From: Macrostomum lignano
Lineage: Eukaryota
DNA length: 64,000 nucleotides
Assembly: GCA_002269645.1 (NCBI GenBank)
Contig: NIVC01001263.1
Location: 186,001-250,000, forward strand
Direction of reading: 5' to 3'
Shown piece after piece: positions 55,734 through 64,000 of the stretch. Position numbers and translations under genes: made by a program. The notes under the pieces are model-generated. The model was not told the origin of the DNA and ran no database searches. It was given only the letters and a program-made list of their open reading frames with translations. How positions within the stretch are numbered: the stretch's first letter is position 1; each line of letters begins with the position of its first letter.

Positions 55734-57146
55734 TCAGCGGCGCAGGCTCCTCTCCGACACGGACACGAAGACGCCGCCGCACCTCGCGGACCGGCCGCTG
55801 TTCCACGCGTAGCTCGCCGCCTTGGCCAGCCGGGGCCGAGGGTTCGCCGGAGCAGCGCCGGCCACCCTGGCGAACACCCGCATGCCCTGGCAGAGCACCC
55901 GCTCCAGCTGGGCCTGGACAGCCGGCCAGCCGGCCAGGAGGCTCTTCACGCTGACGACCGACAGTTCGCGGCGGCGTCGGCCGCTGCCGGTCGAGAGGAC
56001 GCGGCCGAACAGCGGGAAGCGCCGGGCGCCGGGGCGCGGCTGCACGGCGAGCTCCACAGCGTGCTGGCCGCTACGGCCGCCGCAGAGCAGCGACCGACGC
56101 ACCGAGCCGCTGCCAAACGGTTGCCATGACAACCGAGACACGCTGCCCGGCTGCCCGACCAAACGCTACGGGGACCAGGTGAGAGCGGCCAGCGCGGCGG
56201 GCAGGTGCCTGTCAAGGCAGGTCTCTCGGCGAACTCTGACCGACCTGGCAGCCCGCGCCCGCGGAGTCTTCGCAGCTGACTTGCTGGCGGCGGGCTTCTT
56301 CAGCACCCTGCCAGATGAGGCAGCAGCCGATTTGGTCGCCTCGGCAGCTTTTGGTAGCCGTGCAGCAGCAGTCTTTGTTCTTGAAGTCGTCGTTGTTGCT
56401 GTTGTCTTTGTTGAACCGGCAGCGTCGCTGGTGGCCACGGTGGCGGCTGACGAGCGGCGCACGAGGCCCAGCATGGCGCTCACGTCACCGGGCAGCGCTG
56501 CGCCATCCCTGGCGCGCACCTCGCGCTCGTAGCCGTCGCGAAGGACGTCGGTACCGCCCTCCCGGTAGGCGATGGCCATGAGGAAGTCGCGAACGCCGCG
56601 GAACTCGGCCAGGGGGAGCCGCAGGCCGCCGGTCACCTTAGCGACGTGGTCCATAAAGCTCTGCGAGTTCCTGCTGCTGCCGCACTGCACACAGTACACG
56701 GTGACTCCCAGCTGGTGCAGCAGCTCGGTCTCCGCCTTCCAGTCGATCTTGTACTTGTTCCTGGCGCTGCCAACTCCATGCGGGAAGGCGTCGCCAACCA
56801 GCACCAGAGCGCGGCTGCTGTGCGGGCGCCAGCTGAGGCGGGTGCGGGCCTGCTGCAGCACCAGCTCGTAGCACTCTGGCTCGTCCCTGCCGTACGTGTC
56901 CTTCACAGTCTTGGCGAACCGCACCAGGTCCGCTGTGGAGGTGCCGAAGTCGCGGATCTCCGTCTCGTATCTGTCCCCGTAGTCTCCGTGAGCGATGAGG
57001 GCCACGCTCAGGTCCGGGATGTCGGTAGTGAGCCGCTGCAGCATCTCGGCGATGTTGCTGCGCACCTCGTTAATGACGGAGCACATTGAGCCGGTCGTGT
57101 CGAAAGAGAAGGCCAAGTCCAGCGGCTGGAGACCGGTGAGAGCCAT
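55734..57146 (-). CDS. vWA-domain protein with basic linker and C-terminal ET/GIY-YIG-like region, interrupted by a single in-frame TAG (56168..56166)
   Basis: MIDAS-type start DLAFSFDTTGSM, plus GDY, G.D.PECYE and LVLVGDAFPH. Track ORFs 56166..57146 and 55734..56162 are in the same frame, separated only by TAG-CGT. TATATAA at about 57245 and AATAAA at 55564..55559 bracket the whole 471-codon unit. Confidence 0.8.
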
Positions 57147-57238
57147 GGCTTTCCAGTGAAGATTGATTAGCCTGCAGTTTCAGTGTTGGCTTGCTCTGCC
57201 TGAGCTGTTGGTCTGAACAGAGCCCGGCCTGTCCCGGT

Positions 57239-57245
57239 TATATAG
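57239..57245 (-). promoter_or_regulatory. Candidate TATA box of the vWA gene
   Basis: TATATAA on the minus strand about 95 nt upstream of the ATG at 57146. Confidence 0.45.
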
Positions 57246-57599
57246 ACTGGAGCGGCTCGGCTCCCGCGTGTGGCGACACGCTGTCACAAAATTCTCGCCA
57301 TAATCGCTCTTCCCTACTGCTTTCATGGGCAGAGTTTGTACGCCCAATAAGTACAGTGGGGTCAGAGAGGTTTCTACGAGCGTTGCTAAAAATAGCGCGG
57401 GGCAATCATGGCTTATGGCACGCACGCTGGGGAACGCATGCGGCCGCACGCTCTCCCAGCTGCATATCTGACTTTGTCTTCGGTCCAGATTGTTACCTGA
57501 CAGGGGCGCTGAAGTTCTGGCGTAGCGTAAGGGAGTGCGTTTAGGTGTTTCTTTAACTTCGATCCTATTTTTCACCATGATTAAATTCTCACTCAAGGA

Positions 57600-58100
57600 G
57601 AATCACTCTGATGACCCAAATGGCTCACGGAGAATCACTCAGATGACCCAAATGGCTCACGGAGAATCACTCAGATGACCCAAATGGCTCACGGAGAATC
57701 ACTCAGATGACCCAAATGGCTCACGGAGAATCACTCAGATGACCCAAATGGCTCACGGAGAATCACTCAGATGACCCAAATGGCTCACGGAGAATCACTC
57801 AGATGACCCAAATGGCTCACGGAGAATCACTCAGATGACCCAAATGGCTCACGGAGAATCACTCAGATGACCCAAATGGCTCACGGAGAATCACTCAGAT
57901 GACCCAAATGGCTCACGGAGAATCACTCAGATGACCCAAATGGCTCACGGAGAATCACTCAGATGACCCAAATGGCTCACGGAGAATCACTCAGATGACC
58001 CAAATGGCTCACGGAGAATCACTCAGATGACCCAAATGGCTCACGGAGAATCACTCAGATGACCCAAATGGCTCACGGAGAATCACTCTGATGACCCAAA
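57600..58100. repeat. 32-bp minisatellite (GAATCACTCAGATGACCCAAATGGCTCACGGA)
   Basis: About 15.5 essentially identical head-to-tail units, with no spacers. Confidence 0.97.
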
Positions 58101-58624
58101 CGGCTGATTACTCGTAGATGACGGCGTAATAGAGTCAAGGACCACTTTAGTATAGCAGCAGGACGTAAAACCCGTAGATCGTGTAATTTTTTGAAGGCCA
58201 ATCTCCTGAAAAAAATACACTGCGGAGATAGGTAAAATTCATACTCAGCAAGAGTCGAAAGTTCCACCTGTACAAATCACGCGTTATAGTAAGACTTTGT
58301 GGTGAAGAACTCTGAGTTTTACGCAATGTACATTTAAACCCTATTCGCGATGAATGGACAGTGAGGCGGTCCTGTATGTACTTTTAATTCAGAGCCTGGC
58401 CGGGGCCTGCAAGTGCCTGCGCCGCACTCCACACCATTGAAGTAGCAAAGCGATATAGTATAAAGAGAAGAAAGGCACTCTGTCCCTGTCCACAGGAAGC
58501 CCTGCATTCACTGCACAATTTAAACCTGCCTAATCATCTTGTTAGTTTAGTTGTCTATCACTGATATACCAGGTATCTATACGAGTTTGTTAATGGTAAG
58601 ACTGCACTGCAGATTTTATAGTGT

Positions 58625-58760
58625 CCTTTAGTCACCTGAATGATCCCCCTTGAGATTCCTCAGTCACCTGAGCGATTCCCATTGAGAGTCCTTAGCTACC
58701 TGAGCGATTCCCCTTGAGAGTCCTTAGTTACCTGAACGATTCCCCTTGAGAGTCCTTAGT
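58625..58760. repeat. 30-bp minisatellite (CCTTAGT[C/T]ACCTGAGCGATTCCCCTTGAGAGT-like)
   Basis: About 4.5 units. Confidence 0.85.
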
Positions 58761-59012
58761 CACCAGAGCGGTTTCTCCTTGAGAGTTCTGAGATTGCATA
58801 CTAAGAGCATACATATACTGTAACTTTTGTTAAGTGAACCATCATGAAACTTTACCCATTGACTTTTTAAAATCTTATTTTCAAATTGCAAATAACCTAC
58901 TGATAATAGTAGAGTGCAAAGGGTAAGACTCATAAATCCTAAACGGCGCCTAAAAATGAAGCCCAAAATCACCAAAAGAGAAAACTGCCGCCCCCCCGAA
59001 CACGCAGAACTC

Positions 59013-61172
59013 ATGGAGCAGCAGCCGCACCCCATCTCGCCAAAGATCGACAGTACGGGCGCCTGGTCCTACTTCCCCGGTGTCACCGTGATCTGCCCGC
59101 TGCCAGCCGAGTCCCGGCGTCGCCTCGAATCAGCAGCGGAGCGGGCGCTGGCCGCGCAACCGACGCTGTCACGGTACTTCGCCCCGCTGCCGGCTGCTAG
59201 CTATCACGTGACCATCGCCGGGGTGACCAAAAGAGGCCGAACTGCAACCCGAAGCGACTGGCTGGGGACGGTTCGAGCCAAGACTGCCGCAGGCTGGCCT
59301 GAGCTGGCTGACAACCTGAGGCGGATGCAGCTGAAGCCCGCGGTGGTCTTCAAGAGATTCTTCTCGCCCAATGCCAGCATTGTGGGCTTTGATGTGGCCT
59401 TGGCGGATGAGTCGCAGAATCAGCTGATAGAAGAGGCTCGACGGCTCGTGTGCGAGGGGTGAGTGACGCGGATGAGGAAGAGGCTGAAAGGACTGAGCGG
59501 GTGTCTATCACCAGTTGGGACCGATCTTTGCGGGTGTCTTTCACCTGTTGGGACTGATCTTTGCGGGTGTCTTTCACCTGTTGGGACTGATCTTTGCGGG
59601 TGTCTTTCACCTGTTGGGAGTGATCTTTGCGGGTGTCTTTCACCTGTTGGGAGTGATCTTTGCGGGTGTCTTTCACCTGTTGGGACTGATCTTTGCGGGT
59701 GTCTTTCACCAGTTGGGACTGATCTAAGCTGGTGTCTTTCACCTGTTGGGACTGATCTAAGCTGGTGTCTTTCACCTGTTGGGAATGATCTAAGCTGGTG
59801 TCTTTCACCTGTTGGGACTGATCTTTGCGGGTGTCTTTCACCTGTTGGGACTGATCTTTGCGGGTGTCTTTCACCTGTTGGGACTGATCTAAGCTGGTGT
59901 CCATCACCAGTTGGGACTGATCTAAGCTGGTGTCTTTCACCTGTTGGGACTGATCTTTGCGGGTGTCTTTTACCTGTTGGGACTGATCTCTGCGGGTGTC
60001 TTTCACCTGTTGGGACTGATCTAAGCTGGTGTCTTTCACCTGTTGGGACTGATCTAAGCTGGTGTCTTTCACCTGTTGGGACTGATCTAAGCTGGTGTCC
60101 ATCACCAGTTGGGACTGATCTAAGCTGGTGTCTTTCACCTGTTGGGACTGATCTAAGCTGGTGTCTTTCACCTGTTGGGACTGATCTAAGCTGGTGTCTT
60201 TCACCTGTTGGGACTGATCTTTGCGGGTGTCTTTCACCTGTTGGGACTGATCTAAGCTGGTGTCCATCACCTGTTGGGACTGATCTTTTCGGGTGTCTTT
60301 CACCTGTTGGGACTGATCTTTGCGGGTGTCTTTCACCTGTTGGGACTGATCTAAGCTGGTGTCTTTCACCTGTTGGGACTGATCTAAGCTGGTGTCCATC
60401 ACCAGTTGGGACTGATCTTTGCGTGGTGTCTTTCACCTGTTGGGACTGATCTTTGCGGGTGTCTTTCACCTGTTGGGACTGATCTAAGCTGGTGTCTTTC
60501 ACCTGTTGGGACTGATCTAAGCTGGTGTCTTTCACCTGTTGGGACTGATCTTTGCGGGTGTCTTTCACCTGTTGGGACTGATCTTTGCGGGTGTCCTTCA
60601 CCTGTTAGGACTGATCTTTGCGGGTGTCTTTCACCTGTTGGGACTGATCTTTGCGGGTGTCTTTCACCTGTTGGGACTGATCTTTGCGGGTGTCTTCCAC
60701 CGGGACTGGCTGATCTAAGCTGGTCTTCCACCGGGACTGGCTGATCTAAGCTGGTCTTCCACCGGGACTGGCTGATCTAAGCTGGTCTTCCACCGGGACT
60801 GGCTGATCAAAGCGGGTGCCTTCCACTGGGACTGGCTGATATAGGCATTAAAATAACAAGTTCAGAAGGCAACCGCATGACTTCAACTGCAGAGGCAAGC
60901 TGCCACAGTACCAGGCGCTGCACTGCACCCTTGGCTACCAGTACCAGCGCATCCCCGCGGCCGAGGAGCAGGTTGTCAAGTCGGAGCTGGCCGCGGTGCA
61001 GGCGAGCGTTCGCCAGGCCCTGTTGGCTGAGCCGCCGGTCATGCAGCTGGAGGCGGCCCGGCTCTGCTGGTACCGCGGCATGGTGCAGTTCATCGAGTGG
61101 GACGGCCGCTCCGTGCCCGAGGAGCTGGTCGCTGACCGGGAGGTTGGCAGCAGCCTTGCGAACTACATGTAA
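59013..61172 (+). CDS. 2H phosphoesterase, DUF1868-like; two exons (59013..59458, 60893..61172)
   Basis: Exon 1: YFPGVTVICPL...LPAASYHVTIAG (first HxT). The phase-2 GT-AG intron GG|GTGAGT...CTGCAG|A restores the frame. Exon 2 (not in the ORF track in this frame): GKLPQYQALHCTLGYQY (second HxT)...RLCWYRGMVQF...ANYM*. The start could instead be the ATG at 58956. Confidence 0.88.
59500..60835. repeat. 33-bp intronic minisatellite (TTTCACCTGTTGGGACTGATCT[AAGCT/TTGCG]GGTGTC)
   Basis: About 38 units of two main variants, filling the 2H gene intron. Confidence 0.96.
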
Positions 61173-61181
61173 TGCGATCTA

Positions 61182-62697
61182 GTTTGATCCCCGATTTGAT
61201 CCAATGTGATCCCAATTTGATCCAATGTGATCCCAAAATTTGATCAAATGTGATCGCAATTTGATCCAATGTGATCCCAAAATTTGATCCAATGTGATCG
61301 CAATTTGATCCAATGCGATCCCCAATTTGATCCTAATTAGATCCAATGTGATCCCATTTCGATCCAATGTGATCCTAATTTGATCCAATGTGATCCCAAT
61401 TTGATCTAATGCGATCCCCAATTTGATCCTAATTAGATCCAATGTGATCCCATTTCGATCCAATGTGATCCCAATTTGATCCAATGTGATCCCAATTTGA
61501 TCCAATGTGATCCCAATTTGATCCAATGCGATCCCCAATTTGATCCCAATTAGATCCAATGCGATCCCAATTTGATCCAATGCGATCCCAATTTGATCCA
61601 ATGTGATCCCAATTTGATCCAATGTGATCCTAATTTGATCCAATGTGATCCCAATTCGATTCAATTCTGTACCCAATATGATCCAATGTGATCCCAATTT
61701 GATCAAATGTGATTCTAACTCGATTCAATTGGGTACCCAATTTGATCCCCAATTTGATCCGATGCGATCCCCAATTTGATCCAATTTGATCCAATGTGAT
61801 CCCAATTCGATTCAATTGGGTACCCAATTTGATCCAATGTGATCCCAATTTGATCCAATGTGATCCAATTGGATCCCAATTTGATCCAATGTGATCCCAA
61901 TTTGATCCAATGTGATCCCAAAATTTGATCCAATGTGATCGCAATTTGATCCAATGCGATCCCCAATTTGATCCCAATTAGATCCAATGTGATCCCAATT
62001 TGATCCAATGTGATCCCAATTTGATCCAATGTGATCCCAATTTGATCCAATGTGATCCCAATTCGATTCAATTCGGTACCCAATATGATCCAATGTGATC
62101 CCAATTTGATCAAATGTGATTCTAACTCGATTCAACTGGGTACCCAATTTGATCCCCAATTTGATCCAATGCGATCCCCAATTTGATCCAATTTGATCCT
62201 ATGTGATCCCAATTTGATCCAATGTGATCCCAAATTGATCCAATGCGATCCCAATTTGATCCAATGTGATCCCAATTTGATCCAATGTGATCCCAATTTG
62301 ATCCAATGTGATCCCAATTCGATTCAATTCTGTACCCAATATGATCCAATGTGATCCCAATTTGATCAAATGTGATTCTAACTCGATTCAATTGGGTACC
62401 CAATTTGATCCCCAATTTGATCCCAATTTGATCCGACGCGATCCCCAATTTGATCCAATTTGATCCAATGTGATCCCAATTCGATTCAATTGGGTACCCA
62501 ATTTGATCCAATGTGATCCCAATTCGATCCAATGTGATCCCAATTTGATCCAATGCGATCCCAATTTGATCCCAAAATTTGATCCAATGTGATCCCAATT
62601 TGATCCGATGTGATCCCGATTTGATCCAATGTGATCCCAATTTGATCCAATGTGATCCCAATTTGATCTAATGTGATCCCCAATTTGATCCAATGCG
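61182..62697. repeat. 21-bp-based minisatellite (TTTGATCCAATGTGATCCCAA) with higher-order variants
   Basis: Begins about 10 nt after the 2H stop codon; about 70 units. Confidence 0.95.
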
Positions 62698-63827
62698 ATA
62701 TGCAATCAATATGATTCAACATGTATTCATAACCAAACGCAATCGATTGCGACCCCAGCAACCCCATACTGTATTCGCAGTAGGGGAAAAATGACAATAA
62801 AAGCGACAAAAGCAGAAACCAATCAGAGCGGCTTGTGTTGCATACAATATGCTAGTCGCACAAACATGTTTAACAAGATAAATGGTTCAGCACTGAAAGC
62901 GTATCTATTTATAAAGTTGTCAGTCAATAAATCTTCCAACTAATGGATTACTGATTGCACTCCCAAAGACAAAAAACAGTTTTTATATGCAGAGTTGAAA
63001 TTCCGCAGGCCAGCGCCAGGTTTAGAGCCATAAAATGTAGGGGCAATGATTTGTCAGCATTGGGGGTCATGCGAGCCTGTGCGGCTACTATAAGTAGCCG
63101 GACGAGGGTCAAGTAGATGGGCTGAGTTTGCACACTGGAATGAAGCTCGGAGCGGAGAAAATCTATTATATATTTTAGTAGATTGTGCGGATTACACTAC
63201 TAACAGTAGCAAGGTGCAAATAAAAATCAAAGTGCACGATTTGTTAATTAACTTCAGCGCGCAACCCAGCACAGAATTTACAGGTAGATAATACAGGATG
63301 AAGTGTAACACAGGCTGCATTCGCTTCATTTAATCAAGACAGTTAAAAATCTGTTCAGCTGTAACAGAGAACCAACCAATCCCGCACAATTTCGTTTAAT
63401 CAACGCAGAACTCCGCCACTATCAAGAGAGATTGCTTCTGTGTAGACTGGGCCCGCTGATTGACAGCTGGGGACAATATATACGGGAAAAAGTACAAATT
63501 CGATTGTCACAAAAAATTTCCAGTTTGGGACCGAGCTTTCGAAAAAAAGCGCCAAGAAAGTAAAATATTTTTTGCTACTAACCGCAGTAGTACGAAATGA
63601 ACAGTGCGAAATTAGATAATGTTATATAAAGGAATTATATAGAAGGTTACAGAACAATAATAAAATTTTTGCATTTTTTCCAACAAATACAACAAATTCG
63701 ACATGGCCGGAAGCGGGCAACAATTTTTGCATCGATAACTCCTCTCGTAATACCGCTGCTGACGCTGCGGGAACAAAAATATGAAAGCAATGATGCCTTG
63801 ACGCTTGGCCTGCATTTTGGTGGATTA

Positions 63828-64000
63828 GGGCGATTCCTCTGGGGGGCAGTTTGGGGGCGATTCTTCTGGGGGGCAGTTTGGAGGCGATTCTTCTAGGGGG
63901 GGGGCAGTTTGGGGGCGATTCTTCTGGGGGGGGCAGTTTGGGAGCGATTCTTCTGGGGGGCAGTTTGGGGCGATTCTTCTGGGGGGGGGCAGTTTGGGGC
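63828..64000. repeat. ~27-29-bp G-rich minisatellite (GGCGATTCTTCTGGGGGGCAGTTTGGG), runs off the window
   Basis: About 6 units. Confidence 0.9.

Noticed and set aside
57600-58100. 32-bp repeat of CRISPR-like length
   Set aside because: The units are directly head-to-tail with no spacers, there are no cas genes, and the context is eukaryotic.

Overview
Eukaryotic (animal) genomic DNA with GC-rich exons, GT-AG introns and introns packed with tandem arrays. The gene content and style suggest a free-living flatworm such as Macrostomum, but this is inference only. Seven protein genes are supportable: (1) a PRDM3/16 (EVI1/Hamlet/EGL-43)-type zinc-finger factor with no recognisable PR domain; (2) a 26-exon, ~1820-aa TRPM channel with a C-terminal NUDT9-homology domain, resembling the flatworm TRPM-PZQ/MCLZ group; (3) an intronless FMRFamide-receptor-like GPCR; (4) an RWDD3 homolog lacking its own ATG; (5) an intronless divergent Polo-like kinase; (6) a vWA-domain gene interrupted by one in-frame TAG; (7) a two-exon DUF1868-like 2H phosphoesterase. 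Mobile DNA comprises a complete 1.5-kb non-autonomous LTR element (TRIM-like, 436-bp LTRs that appear identical, PBS, PPT, 4-bp TSD), a tRNA-derived SINE and a hAT-like end. About 38 mini/microsatellite arrays account for most long ORFs in the track. The strongest leads are the amber stop at an inferred conserved Trp before an ET/GIY-YIG-like domain in the vWA gene, the PLK lacking both its T-loop Thr and its phospho-pincer, the substituted praziquantel-pocket residues and degenerate Nudix box of the TRPM, a possible spliced-leader-donated start codon for RWDD3, and the young TRIM. All alignments were done by eye from remembered family sequences; no searches were run.
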